Part shown: positions 26,838 through 36,855 of the stretch, in pieces
Numbering within the stretch: position 1 is the stretch's first letter
How the letters are laid out: each line of letters starts with the position of its first letter
Assembly (NCBI GenBank): GCA_041661005.1
Contig: JBAZVG010000001.1
Span: 196,917-260,916, forward strand
DNA: 64,000 bases
Reading direction: 5' to 3'
From: Minisyncoccota bacterium
Lineage (GTDB): Bacteria > Patescibacteriota > Minisyncoccia > Phycocordibacterales > UBA9973
The notes under the pieces: generated by a model
Databases searched by the model: none
What the model was told of the DNA's origin: nothing
The model's input: the letters and a program-made list of their open reading frames with translations, nothing else
Translations under genes and position numbers: made by a program

Positions 26838-27959
26838 ATGCAAAATTTTTGGAAAAAATTAAAAAAGCCCGCCTTGCCTGACGGAAGTCGAGGCAGGCCA
26901 TTTTTCTGCCTTGCGCCGATGTCAGATGTCACTGATATCGCTTTTCGTCACATGTTGGCAAAATATGGCAAAAATAGGGAAAATAAAGATAGAGTTGTTT
27001 TTTGGACAGAGTTTGTGTCTGCTGATGGTTTGTGCAATAAATTTGCCAGACAAAAGTTGGCACACATGCTGGTCTTCTCGGAATCTGAAAGGCCAATTGT
27101 GGCGCAAATTTTTGGCGCTAATCCGGAAAATATGAAGAAAGCTTGCCAATATGTCGCAAATCTTGGCTTTGATGGGATAGATATAAATATGGGTTGCCCA
27201 GATAAATCAGTCGTGAGTCAGGGGGCTGGCGCAGGGTTGATTAAAAATCCAGAACTTGCGCGACAGATTATCAAAGCAGTTCATGCGGGTATAAAATCAG
27301 CTGGACGAGACATACCTGTGTCAGTGAAAACTAGAATTGGTTTTAATAAAGAAGAAATTGATCGCTGGATACCAGAATTATTAAAAGAAGATATTTCTGC
27401 TTTGACGATTCACTTGCGCACAGCCAAAGAGCTTTCACTCGTTCCAGCCAATTGGGAACATATCAAAAAAATAAAGAAACTTATAGAAAAAAGTGGGAAA
27501 AATATTTTGCTGATAGGCAACGGTGATGTGAAAGATTTAAAAGATGCAGAAGAAAAAGCCTCGAAATATGGCTGTGATGGGGTGATGATAGGTCGCGGAG
27601 TTTTTGGCAATCCGTGGTTTTTTGATTCCACTAGAAAAATGGAAAACGGTAGTGAATTTTATGTCCCCGAGGGTCCCGCTTTGTGTCCCTTAATGCGCCC
27701 AAAGAAGGGCGCAGGGGCAGAAAATTCACTACCGTTTTCCATTATACGAGAAAAACTTCAAGTCCTCATAGAGCATACGCAAATTTTTGATAAAGAACTT
27801 GCGATACCTAAACATAAAAATTTTGATGTAATGAAAAAACATTTCAAGGCTTATGTGAATGGTTTTGATGGCGCCAAAGAACTTCGAATAAAATTAATGG
27901 AAACTGAAAATTCGAAACAAGTTGAAAAGATAATAAATGATTTTTTGGAAACAAACTGA
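26838..27959 (+). CDS. dus: tRNA-dihydrouridine synthase with two in-frame hairpin inserts (26867-26898; 27638-27743)
   Basis: LAPM.DVTD, TEFVS, DINMGCP, SVKTRIG, GNGDV, GVMIGRG..GNPW. Confidence 0.93.
   Translation: MQNFWKKLKKPALPDGSRGRPFFCLAPMSDVTDIAFRHMLAKYGKNRENKDRVVFWTEFVSADGLCNKFARQKLAHMLVFSESERPIVAQIFGANPENMKKACQYVANLGFDGIDINMGCPDKSVVSQGAGAGLIKNPELARQIIKAVHAGIKSAGRDIPVSVKTRIGFNKEEIDRWIPELLKEDISALTIHLRTAKELSLVPANWEHIKKIKKLIEKSGKNILLIGNGDVKDLKDAEEKASKYGCDGVMIGRGVFGNPWFFDSTRKMENGSEFYVPEGPALCPLMRPKKGAGAENSLPFSIIREKLQVLIEHTQIFDKELAIPKHKNFDVMKKHFKAYVNGFDGAKELRIKLMETENSKQVEKIINDFLETN
27638..27743. repeat. 106-bp element with 23-bp perfect terminal IR, in-frame in dus
   Basis: AATGGAAAACGGTAGTGAATTTT ... 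AAAATTCACTACCGTTTTCCATT. Confidence 0.88.
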
Positions 27960-28065
27960 GTCAAAGTTTGACTAAATACATATTTTTGTGTTAAAATAAA
28001 TCTGGAGATAGTTATCCATTTTGTGATGCAAATCAGCACTACAAAAAGAAAAAGGGTAGCTCACA

Positions 28066-28581
28066 ATGAAGAATATGATCCTTAACAATGCGGTATTGCA
28101 GAGTTTTGGTAAAACGGACAAGCGGTGGTGGATGAAGGTATTAAACCTAAGCTTGGTAACTCAAGAATATGCCACAAAACTTCCCAAATCGGTGAAATTT
28201 CCCACTTTTGAATGTCACACGATATGTAGGGCAATCGCCAAGCATATTCATGGATTAAAGGTAGTTGATGGTTACTATGTGGGAGTAGCTCAACAACACA
28301 GAAATGGCAAAGTCGTAGCGCAATTACAATATTGTGAGCATTCGTGGTTGGTCACACCGAGTGGTTCCATTATTGATCCATATCCGGTTGGATGTCTGGC
28401 AACCAATCCAATTCTGGTGGTGAACCGAGGTAAATACAAAAACTTCGGGGGAGACCTTTATTGGCCGGACAGATTCATCACCAAGAAAGTATGCACTCAA
28501 AGACTGCGCGAAAAAGTGAAAATTCTATCGCGTATTGCCAAAGAGGCTGAGAAACACGCTCGACGCTCCGAGCATAGTTAG
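28066..28581 (+). CDS. Orphan protein with possible transglutaminase-like Cys-His-Asp triad
   Basis: ECHTICR ... EHSWL ... IIDP spacing. Confidence 0.6.
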   Translation: MKNMILNNAVLQSFGKTDKRWWMKVLNLSLVTQEYATKLPKSVKFPTFECHTICRAIAKHIHGLKVVDGYYVGVAQQHRNGKVVAQLQYCEHSWLVTPSGSIIDPYPVGCLATNPILVVNRGKYKNFGGDLYWPDRFITKKVCTQRLREKVKILSRIAKEAEKHARRSEHS

Positions 28582-28640
28582 AGGGTTACTAATTAATCCT
28601 CAAAAAAAGCTAGCTAAACAAAATGCTAGTTTTTTTAGTT
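28574..28640 (+). terminator. Two-hairpin 3' module homologous to 2751-2829
   Basis: ATAGTTAGAGGGTTACTAATTAATCCTCAAAA then AGCTAGC..GCTAGTTTTTTT. Confidence 0.7.
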
Positions 28641-28663
28641 ATATATAAGGTATAATCATTTCT

Positions 28664-29722
28664 ATGCACGACTTGGCATTATATCGCAAATATCGGCCGA
28701 AAAACTTCAAGGAAGTCTTGGGGCAAGATCATATCGTAAAAGTGCTGGAAAGCTCTGTAGAAGCCAACAAGGTTTCCCACGCATACCTTTTTGTAGGTTC
28801 GCGTGGCACAGGCAAAACTTCCGTCGCCAGAATTTTTGCAAATGAAATCGGTGTATCAGCCAATGACTTATATGAGATAGACGCCGCCAGCAATAGGGGA
28901 ATCGAAGATATAAAAGAATTGCGTGATGGCGCGCGAGTATTGCCTTTTGATTCAAAATACAAAGTTTATATAATCGACGAAGTGCATATGCTCTCCAAAG
29001 ACGCTTGGGGTGCGTTATTGAAGACCCTAGAAGAACCTCCAAAACATGTTATTTTTATTCTAGCTACCACTGAGTTTCATAAAGTGCCTGAGACTATTAT
29101 CTCACGCTGTCAGGTTTTCACTTTCAAAAAAGCATCAGACGTAGTTTGTAAAAAAATGCTGACTGATGTTGGGAAGAAAGAAGGTTTCGATTTGGATGCC
29201 GGCTCGGCCGAGCTTTTAGCTGTATTATCTGATGGATCGTTCAGGGATGGATTGGGAGAGTTGCAAAAAGTTTTGAATTTCAGTGGAAGTAAGAAAACCC
29301 GCCTAGACTCGGCGAGGCTGGTCAATAGAGAAGATGTTGAAAAAATAACCGGCGCGCCAAAGGCGACTTTGGTAAATGATTTTATTTCAGCAATTGCAGA
29401 AAAAAATATTGAAAAAGGAATATCTGTCGTGCGATCTGCGGCTGAAGAAAATTTAGATATGGAATTATATTTGAAACTCATTATCGCAAAATTCCGTATG
29501 GCGATAATTTTGCGATACGCGCCAAAATTAAAAGGAGAGATGATAGGGGATTTATCTGAAGCTGATTTAGAATTTCTGCAGATTTTAATAAAAGAAAGTG
29601 GGGAGATGTTTAATTCTTCTACTCTAGCGACACTTTTAGAAGCTTATCAGAATATAGATAATGCGTTTATTACCGAGTTACCACTGGAGCTTGCGTTAGT
29701 GAAGATTTTAAGCAAAGAGTAA
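28664..29722 (+). CDS. dnaX: DNA polymerase III gamma/tau (short form)
   Basis: LYRKYRP, GSRGTGKTS, EIDAASNRG, IIDEVHML, SRC. Confidence 0.96.
   Translation: MHDLALYRKYRPKNFKEVLGQDHIVKVLESSVEANKVSHAYLFVGSRGTGKTSVARIFANEIGVSANDLYEIDAASNRGIEDIKELRDGARVLPFDSKYKVYIIDEVHMLSKDAWGALLKTLEEPPKHVIFILATTEFHKVPETIISRCQVFTFKKASDVVCKKMLTDVGKKEGFDLDAGSAELLAVLSDGSFRDGLGELQKVLNFSGSKKTRLDSARLVNREDVEKITGAPKATLVNDFISAIAEKNIEKGISVVRSAAEENLDMELYLKLIIAKFRMAIILRYAPKLKGEMIGDLSEADLEFLQILIKESGEMFNSSTLATLLEAYQNIDNAFITELPLELALVKILSKE
29298..29321. repeat. 24-bp CCCGCCTAGACTCGGCGAGGCTGG element, in-frame in dnaX
   Basis: Identical to 13030-13053. Confidence 0.93.
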
Positions 29723-29725
29723 TAT

Positions 29726-30586
29726 TTAAAAATAACTATTCGCCTTTACTAATTCTTTGAAGTCACTAAACATTCTTTCTGCTGTTATTCTTCCTCCAGC
29801 ACCAGGACCTTCTATAATTTTTTTACCATTAATATACAAAACGTTATTTACACCTTTTGGAAACCAAGAAATGTCTTCAAATTTAATAAATCCTGCTTTA
29901 ATTTCTTTTTTATTCAAAAGTACAGAGCATCGAAGACTTTGATTATATTTTTGTAATTTTATATCTTCAGTTTTGATTGTGCGTTTGTAAAGTTTGGAAT
30001 GATTGGCAAGTATCAGTGTTTTATAAATTACGTCTTTCAATTCGTTTTCAATAACTTCTTCAAAGTTTTTTGAACTTGGCTCAGCGAAACCATTTCCCAA
30101 TACTTCTCTATATAGTTGTTCCTTAGAAACTCCTGTACTTAATTTATCACTTATATAATTCAGCGTTCCATTTGCTATAACTTTAATTTCTTTCATTTTA
30201 TTTTTATTTTCTGTAATTGCATTTAAAATTCCAGAATTACCTCCGACTGTCGCTGAATATTTTATTAGTTTTTTAAATTTTTTAATCAGCTCCCAGTTAT
30301 TAGCTAAAAAAGCTTTTTCACAAGTTATAATCTTTGCATTTTTTTGTAATGCATTTAAATAGTATTTAGACGCATCTTCTCCTTTACCTTTACTGGGTAT
30401 AGCTATAAAAATATACGTGTCTGAATCTAAATATTTTTCAAGATTTTGATTTTCATCAATCTTTAAATTATTAGCATCAAATATGCCATTGGTTTTGACA
30501 ATGAAATTTTCCGCTAAGTTTTTCTCGTTAAGAATCTTATGCAATTCTTTTCCCACGTTTCCATATCCAATAAGTATAATTTTCAT
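29726..30586 (-). CDS. Compact homoserine dehydrogenase-like oxidoreductase
   Basis: IGYGNVG, YSATVGG, ANGTLNYI, GFAEP, GPGAGG..TA. Confidence 0.8.
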   Translation of the reverse strand: MKIILIGYGNVGKELHKILNEKNLAENFIVKTNGIFDANNLKIDENQNLEKYLDSDTYIFIAIPSKGKGEDASKYYLNALQKNAKIITCEKAFLANNWELIKKFKKLIKYSATVGGNSGILNAITENKNKMKEIKVIANGTLNYISDKLSTGVSKEQLYREVLGNGFAEPSSKNFEEVIENELKDVIYKTLILANHSKLYKRTIKTEDIKLQKYNQSLRCSVLLNKKEIKAGFIKFEDISWFPKGVNNVLYINGKKIIEGPGAGGRITAERMFSDFKELVKANSYF

Positions 30587-30695
30587 GCTTATCTAGTATA
30601 TCAGAATTACATATGGCAAGGGGACTTTGAAAGATTAAAAAGATATCTAGTTTTTTCTAAAAATTTATGTTATAAATTAAGTGTTTTTAAGATAT

Positions 30696-30766
30696 TGGGG
30701 GATCGTCTAATGGTAGGACACATCCCTTTGAAGGATGTTATTTTGGTTCGAGTCCAAGTCCCCCAG
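30696..30766 (+). tRNA. tRNA-Gln(TTG), island integration site
   Basis: TGGGGGA/TCCCCCA acceptor, CATCC-CT-TTG-AA-GGATG, GGTTCGAGTCC. Confidence 0.93.
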
Positions 30767-32446
30767 CACGTTTGGACTCACAGAGGCGGATGCCTCATTT
30801 GGCCCTTTCGACAGGCCAGTATTTTCAGGTTCGATTGGCTTGTTTTCGGTTTCTGTATCCGACATGGACTTTTCGAGGATGAAGAACGGTTCGCGGGCTT
30901 CAATGCTCAGCTTTTTGGCCTTCAAAGTTAGGTTCGATCCGAATGTCACCAGCATCTCCTCTTTGGTCTTCGCATCGCCGTTCGCGAACCGCTCCCGAGC
31001 GGTCGAGGCAAATTCAAACGTGTCTTCGGACAGTTTTAACTGCTGCTCAATCCGCTTCCCGGCATCCTGAAGCAACTCCTCCAAAGCGGACTTTTCTTTG
31101 AGTAGCTTCACCCTCCTCTGACCGTATTCCTCATCCGATAGCTGGCTTCCGTCTGCGTTGCTGGACGAGGTTTTCAGACCCACCAGATTGTCGATTTCCT
31201 GCAAGCACGCTCGATATGCCTTCTGCTGGGCTTCGATGATGGCGCTTTGCTCCATGCTCTCCTTCGCGTGCAATTCATGGAGGAATTTGATGCAGTAGGC
31301 TTTGAATTTCTCGGAAATATGGATGCGGCCAAGATATTCACGAATCTGCCTTTCGAGATCAAATGCACTCACACTCTTCTGCGGACAAGATGGACGTTTG
31401 CTTTTTGAACAATGGTAATAGGTGTAGTGAAGGAAGAGCGGGTTCGTCATTTCTTCGATCGATGTCTGGCAGCGCGGGCAGGCGTTTCGCTTGCGGTAGG
31501 CAAACTTGAACCGGCATTGGCCACACATGACCTGGTGCTTTTCCTCAGCGGTCACCATCCGGTCACACTCGCCACAACGGATGAGGCCGGTGAAAGCAAA
31601 TTCAAAGTGCGATTGAGGCCGCGGACTGCCGTTGCGGCCAAGCAAAGTCTGCACCCGGTCATATTCCGCTTCGGTGATCATCGGCTCGTGCTTTCCCTGA
31701 TACCACTTGTTGCTGCCGTTTGGATATTCAAACCAGCCGTAATAGAAGGGCTTGGTGAAGATCTGGTAGATGGCGCTTCGGCAAAGAGGCTTGCCACCCA
31801 TCTTGCGCGTTGGCCTCGTGCGGAAGGCCCACTCTTTGTTGGCGATTTCCAGAATTCTCGGCGGGGTGTAGAGGCCGGTCAGCATCAAATCCCACATGCG
31901 ACGGAGCAGAGGAAAACGCTCCGGATCTTTGACCAGAGTGTTTTCGCCCGTCAGCTTGTCGGTGTGGTTCAAGTAGCCTGCCGGGGCGACGCCGGGATAC
32001 CAGCCGTTTTCGGTCTTGGTCTTGAGTCCCCGTTTTACGTTTTTGCTCAGGTCGTCCACGTATTTCTGCGCCATGCCGAATTCGATATACATGAGGATGA
32101 TATTGTCATCTTCACGGGCGTAAGTCTGGGCCGGGGTCATGATCCTGATGCCATGCTGTTTGATGCCCCAGATGATGGAACCTCCGTCCACCGGATTACG
32201 CGCCAGACGATCAAGTTTCCAGCAGATGACGCCGGCAGCTTCACCACGGTAAAGGCGTTGCATCATCTGATTGAACACCGGGCGCCCCGGATCTTTTGCG
32301 GATTTCGACTCGGTCAATACTTCGACAACTTGTAAATTTAACTTGGCCGCCAACTGCTCCAATTCGCGGGTTTGGGATTCAATGGAAAGAATCTGCCGGT
32401 CTTCGGCTTCGGATGATTTGCGACAATAGATGAAGTATCCTGACAT
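30707..32446 (-). CDS. Large serine recombinase whose C-terminus is read from the antisense of tRNA-Gln
   Basis: YCRKSS..RQ..SI.SQ, WKLDRLARN, recombinase domain, Zn ribbons, coiled coil; ends LGDLDSNQNNILQRDVSYH. Confidence 0.93.
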   Translation of the reverse strand: MSGYFIYCRKSSEAEDRQILSIESQTRELEQLAAKLNLQVVEVLTESKSAKDPGRPVFNQMMQRLYRGEAAGVICWKLDRLARNPVDGGSIIWGIKQHGIRIMTPAQTYAREDDNIILMYIEFGMAQKYVDDLSKNVKRGLKTKTENGWYPGVAPAGYLNHTDKLTGENTLVKDPERFPLLRRMWDLMLTGLYTPPRILEIANKEWAFRTRPTRKMGGKPLCRSAIYQIFTKPFYYGWFEYPNGSNKWYQGKHEPMITEAEYDRVQTLLGRNGSPRPQSHFEFAFTGLIRCGECDRMVTAEEKHQVMCGQCRFKFAYRKRNACPRCQTSIEEMTNPLFLHYTYYHCSKSKRPSCPQKSVSAFDLERQIREYLGRIHISEKFKAYCIKFLHELHAKESMEQSAIIEAQQKAYRACLQEIDNLVGLKTSSSNADGSQLSDEEYGQRRVKLLKEKSALEELLQDAGKRIEQQLKLSEDTFEFASTARERFANGDAKTKEEMLVTFGSNLTLKAKKLSIEAREPFFILEKSMSDTETENKPIEPENTGLSKGPNEASASVSPNVLGDLDSNQNNILQRDVSYH

Positions 32447-32532
32447 GGAAATGGGTGATTAAAATAAGGGAGGCGGGCGACCTTGGAGCCTGCATCCCTA
32501 TGCTAACGTACCGGCAAAATACGTCAATGAGG

Positions 32533-32721
32533 TCACTGGCTAAGACGGTTCTCGTCGGGCTCCTTGTCTGAACCCGGCTGCTTCAGAATCCCGAAGAAGC
32601 GAAGTAGACGCACAGCGATTTCTTGGATCTCGTCGTCGCTAAGACGCTTACCGAACTCCTCTTGGTAAATGGCTCTGAACTCCTCGATAGCTTCACGACT
32701 TAGTTGTTGTGGTGTTTTCAT
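32533..32721 (-). CDS. Small helical protein upstream of the recombinase
   Basis: MKTPQQLSREAIEEFRAIYQEEFGKRLSDDE pattern, recalled as common next to such recombinases. Confidence 0.7.
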   Translation of the reverse strand: MKTPQQLSREAIEEFRAIYQEEFGKRLSDDEIQEIAVRLLRFFGILKQPGSDKEPDENRLSQ

Positions 32722-32994
32722 ATCGTCCACTTTACTTGCTGTTACTCTTCGGCAAAGGACGGAAGAATTGCCACATACGGCATGTCCGCATTGCACTTGG
32801 AACTAGAATTCGGGGCACCTCCCTTGACGAATAGCGAGTTTCGTGCTTAAATACGAAAACCTTCCACCGAGTTCAAGAAGCTCGGTGTTTAATAGGTTTG
32901 CCATTTCTGGCAAAGGTTCCCGCCTTTGGTATTTTTACCATTGAGATATGGTGGTGTCGTGGAACTCGCATTGGGTTCCTCCGCTTCCACACTG

Positions 32995-33085
32995 ATGACT
33001 TCACTTCAACTTCCAAACTATTTGCTATCTAATCGAAAACGCCTGACTCTTTCTCAAGAAGAGGTCGCATTTCTGTTGGGAGCGG
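32995..33085 (+). pseudogene. Truncated XRE-HTH regulator
   Basis: NYLLSNRKRLTLSQEEVAFLLG then switches to unrelated sequence. Confidence 0.7.
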
Positions 33086-33318
33086 GAAGGCGGCGTATTG
33101 TCCACCTTGGTCGTCGCGGCGAGCGTGACCCGCGAGAGGCGGTTGCCGGCATCGTCGTAGGCGTATGACTCAGCCGAACCGTCGGAATATGCGGCGTTGG
33201 TGAGGCGGGACAGGGGGTCGTGGGAATGCTCGAAAGTGGCGCCATTTACTTGCGATATCGCAAGGATAATGCAACCGCAGGCCAAAACGTAAACAGCGGT
33301 AAACATAATACACCTCAT
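33085..33318 (-). pseudogene. N-terminal fragment of a secreted YD/RHS-repeat protein
   Basis: Signal peptide then HDPLSRLTNAAYSDGSAESYAYDDAGNRLS, truncated after DNTPPS. Confidence 0.75.
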
Positions 33319-33471
33319 ACTAGTTATTGTTAAATACGTTAAATACGATTCGGATAACCAACCCAATCATTGTAATCGAAATAACTAACCACATAGGTGG
33401 AAGAAGCGGCCCATCATGACCGAAAAATAAACCACGTAAAAACGAAATTATCTGCTGGATTGTTTGCTTTT

Positions 33472-34962
33472 TCATGGAAGCTGAAAGAGATTTATATAAG
33501 CGTTCACACCCTGTTGAATTTGATCGCCTCGCAGTTGGAAAAGATTTAACGTATAGGTGTTCAAAAAAACAGCGCTATACGAAGTCAAAGCATCATCAAC
33601 AGACTGCCACGCCTCAAGCGGATTATGTAGTGCATACGTCAGGTTCTCGTCAATGTGCATAATACTTTCACCCAGAGTGCTGAAATCGACGCCCCGAGCA
33701 CGCAATTCGGCCTGACTTGATTGGAAAACGCCGTAAACAGTGGAGGCCCTTGCAGTTAATCTGAGCGTGCGACCGATACCATGAAGGTCGATAACGTTTC
33801 CCGGTGATAATCGCAGTTGTCCAATCGTAACTCGACCGTATCCCGTATCCACATACAGTTCGAGCCGCGAACCAATTTCGCGCAACAGCCATTCAATCGA
33901 TTCTCTTGGCAAATCGCCAAAATTTAATTGACCGAATATATTGCCTGAGGTTGTTCCTCCTTCCTGCGCCGACAAGCCACTTACATCAAGCCATTTCAAA
34001 GGATTGTTCAGCGCATACACATAGCGATTCAAACTCTGCCCGTCGCTGTCCTTCCCAGTAACTGGGTCTTTAGTGGCAAATCGGCCCAGTTGCGGGCTGA
34101 AATAGCGAGCGCGGGCATGATAAAGACCATTACCGTCATCCATGATACCATACCGCCCCAGATAACGGAAGGGCTGCGGAGAATCCCCCTCGGAATTCGC
34201 CACGACGCCAAACGAATCAAACGCGTAGGCGTCGGTTTCGTCTCCGTTGGTGTTGAATGAATCATTCCCACCGATGGACTGAACTTGATGCGAATACAGT
34301 TTGTTAATCAGACGTTCGCGTTCCATGAACTGCTCTGGTTGCAGAAATGGACGATCCCAGCGTAAGTAGTGTTTGAAATAAATACATCTGAGAATGGTTC
34401 GCATCTCTGACGCACTAACGAGTACACGCTGATCTGGTAAGAGCACCATTAAGTCTGCTGGATAACTTGTCTGTCCATCGTAAGTTTGAAGAACTGGATA
34501 ATGGTAAGCAAAATCCACGGTGCGAAATCCGAGTCGCTTGAAATACCCGATCAGTTTGTCGTCGGGCTCCCATTGTTGGGAACTATTCCGCCTCCGTGCT
34601 ACCTCAAACACAATGGAAAAACCAGGTGGGTAGTTCTGTGCGAGAAACTGTTCTATACTCCTAATAGCACGACTTGGCAAAAGGCCAGGCCGTTTGGAGT
34701 CGCGAATGCATAGATACTCAAAGAAGAAAAGTTGTTCCTCTATGAAAAAGCTGTACTGCAAATATCCCACAACGGTGTGGTCATTTTGAAGTGCAAAGCA
34801 TTTGAACTCATCGGCGAGAACTTCTTTGCTGTGCTCGATCCAATAGAGAATCTGGCGCTCTGGATTCTGAGCTTCCGGCAGTATGGTTTCCCGGTAGATA
34901 CTCAAAGCTGCATACAAGCGATTCTTCCCGCGATTTGTCCGGTCGATTGGCTTAAGAAACAT
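33472..34962 (-). CDS. Chimeric ORF: GNAT-like N-half fused (~34250) to RHS repeat-associated core and variable C-terminal tip
   Basis: VVGYLQY..FFEYL..LIGYFKRLGF; then YAFDSFG..PFRYLG..LYHARARYFSPQLGRFATKDP..LNRYVYALNNPLKWLDVSG. Confidence 0.75.
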   Translation of the reverse strand: MFLKPIDRTNRGKNRLYAALSIYRETILPEAQNPERQILYWIEHSKEVLADEFKCFALQNDHTVVGYLQYSFFIEEQLFFFEYLCIRDSKRPGLLPSRAIRSIEQFLAQNYPPGFSIVFEVARRRNSSQQWEPDDKLIGYFKRLGFRTVDFAYHYPVLQTYDGQTSYPADLMVLLPDQRVLVSASEMRTILRCIYFKHYLRWDRPFLQPEQFMERERLINKLYSHQVQSIGGNDSFNTNGDETDAYAFDSFGVVANSEGDSPQPFRYLGRYGIMDDGNGLYHARARYFSPQLGRFATKDPVTGKDSDGQSLNRYVYALNNPLKWLDVSGLSAQEGGTTSGNIFGQLNFGDLPRESIEWLLREIGSRLELYVDTGYGRVTIGQLRLSPGNVIDLHGIGRTLRLTARASTVYGVFQSSQAELRARGVDFSTLGESIMHIDENLTYALHNPLEAWQSVDDALTSYSAVFLNTYTLNLFQLRGDQIQQGVNAYINLFQLP

Positions 34963-35326
34963 AGATAATTGTTAATTATCCGTGATGTGGGCGAGATGTC
35001 TTGTTCGGAAATGTGTGTTTCGTATCCGACATTGCGGTAGTCAGTGCAGGAGACCAAGGAAGATGTTGCTAGTCTGCTGGATTCCTCTCTCTTGGTTCTT
35101 CGCAAGACAGTGTTCTGTCACAAAAGTGATCGAATTACAGTGGGCTTTTGTTTTCGGAGCGAGGCTTTGATAACGGATTTCTGGTGCATACACATACCAC
35201 AGCCTAATGTTTTTGAATTACTGGTCTATGAGTTATGATTGTCCTCCTGCGAGATTTATAGAGAAATAGTTTGCTGGATGAGGGCGTATGTTGAGGTATA
35301 TGCATATTTGGTGCTATAATGAGAAC

Positions 35327-35761
35327 ATGTGGGTTATTTATGCATTTATAGCTGCATTGTTGTGGGGTCTTGATTATGCACTTACAGAAAAAGTACTAAA
35401 CAGGATTACATTCTCGACATTGCTCAGTATTGAGTTGTTTTTCGGTCTGCTTGGTATGCTCTTGTTGGGGCTTTTACGGGGGACGTATTGGAAAGACTGG
35501 TCAGTGATTCTCTCTTCCCAAAAGATAATATGGCACGTTGTTATAATTGTGCTTGTGTTCAACATCGCCAACACTTTTATCGTTCTTTCCATTGGAAACA
35601 AGAACGCCACCCTTGCGGGCTTAATTGAGATTTCTTACCCCTTGTTTATTGCCGTTTTTTCGTGGTTCTTGTTCAAGGAGAGCCATGTTAACCTATGGAC
35701 AGGAATTGGTGCGGTATTGGTGTTTAGCGGGATTGGGTTGATCTACTACGTCAACAAATGA
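35327..35761 (+). CDS. EamA/DMT small membrane transporter
   Basis: AFIAALLWG, multiple TM, EISYPLFIAVFSWFLFKE. Confidence 0.85.
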   Translation: MWVIYAFIAALLWGLDYALTEKVLNRITFSTLLSIELFFGLLGMLLLGLLRGTYWKDWSVILSSQKIIWHVVIIVLVFNIANTFIVLSIGNKNATLAGLIEISYPLFIAVFSWFLFKESHVNLWTGIGAVLVFSGIGLIYYVNK

Positions 35762-35862
35762 AGAGGAAAAGGGACGCTCATCCTTGCCGGCGTCGGCAAA
35801 TAAGAAAAAGGGCGACCCGATTGGATCGCCCTTGTGATTAGTAGTCTTCCGGCACCCAAGCG

Positions 35863-36240
35863 GTGAGTTTGTTTGAGCAGGCAATTTTGGTCGCTCAAGC
35901 ATTACATGATTTGCGATATGAAGGATTCTGGATGGGTAGTCTTGGTGTCCTTTATATGGAAGAAAAGCACTACAAGGACGCGGAAGCTTTCTTGCAACGC
36001 GCTTTGGCAATCGCTATTCAAATAGGTGACCAACGTTACGAAGGAACGCATTTGAGTTGGCTTGGGGATTTATACACCACGACGGGCCAATTTCAGAAAG
36101 CTCGTGAATGCCTTGAAAGGGCCGTGAAATTGGCAGAGGATCTGCAGATTGAATCATGGATTCAGCAGCGCAAAGCGAAAATTGAGAAATTGGAACGTTT
36201 GGAGAAGGAGGCGGGTGACCACGCTCGTCCTCAAATCTGA
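35863..36240 (+). pseudogene. C-terminal fragment of a tetratricopeptide-repeat protein
   Basis: LGVLY...Y.DA..FLQRALAI...GD...EG..L..LG.LY...GQF.KA. Confidence 0.7.
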
Positions 36241-36855
36241 TTGGACCTTATTGGACAAAGCTCGAACTCTTTTCGATGAACATCGAAGTGATACGCAGAA
36301 AACGATGCCGATGAACCGACCGGATGATTTCACCGTCGCGCTCGGTGATTTGGATGGGGGCAACCGCAGATGCGCGTTTGAAACGGGGAAGACGATGGGA
36401 TTCCATCCATCCACGGTAACGAAGATCAAGCTCCTAATGTAGGAGGCGGGGTTTGCGCACTGCGCCAAGTCACATAATCTCGGTGATGTTTCAGTATAAT
36501 CATTGGAAGCAAATTGTCACTATTACATTAACACTCTGCAATCCTAGCTTGACGGACAATAGGCACTTACTTACGGATAAACGATAAAAGCCCCTTCGGG
36601 GTGTTGGATGATGAATAATGGATGTTCAAACGCGCCAATATCGTAGCACAAAAAAAACTCCGAATACATACAATGACGTATTCGGAGTCACGCTTTGATA
36701 CAACCAACAGATGCGTGATTCTTGTTGGGCGACCCTTTGGTCCGCTCAAGGCTCGGGTAGATCCAAGAGAAGCCGAGTTAAGACGAGGTTATCCCAGGGA
36801 ACTCGGACTGCTGGGACACACATTATAGCACAGGTAAGTGGCAATGTGTCATCAT

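Noticed and set aside
30539-30931. 130-aa ORF spanning tRNA-Gln
   Set aside because: Overlaps the tRNA and the recombinase antisense; not a credible protein.
31412-32335. 307-aa plus-strand ORF, and many other short overlapping ORFs in the track
   Set aside because: Antisense or alternate-frame shadows of well-supported genes with no recognisable motifs.
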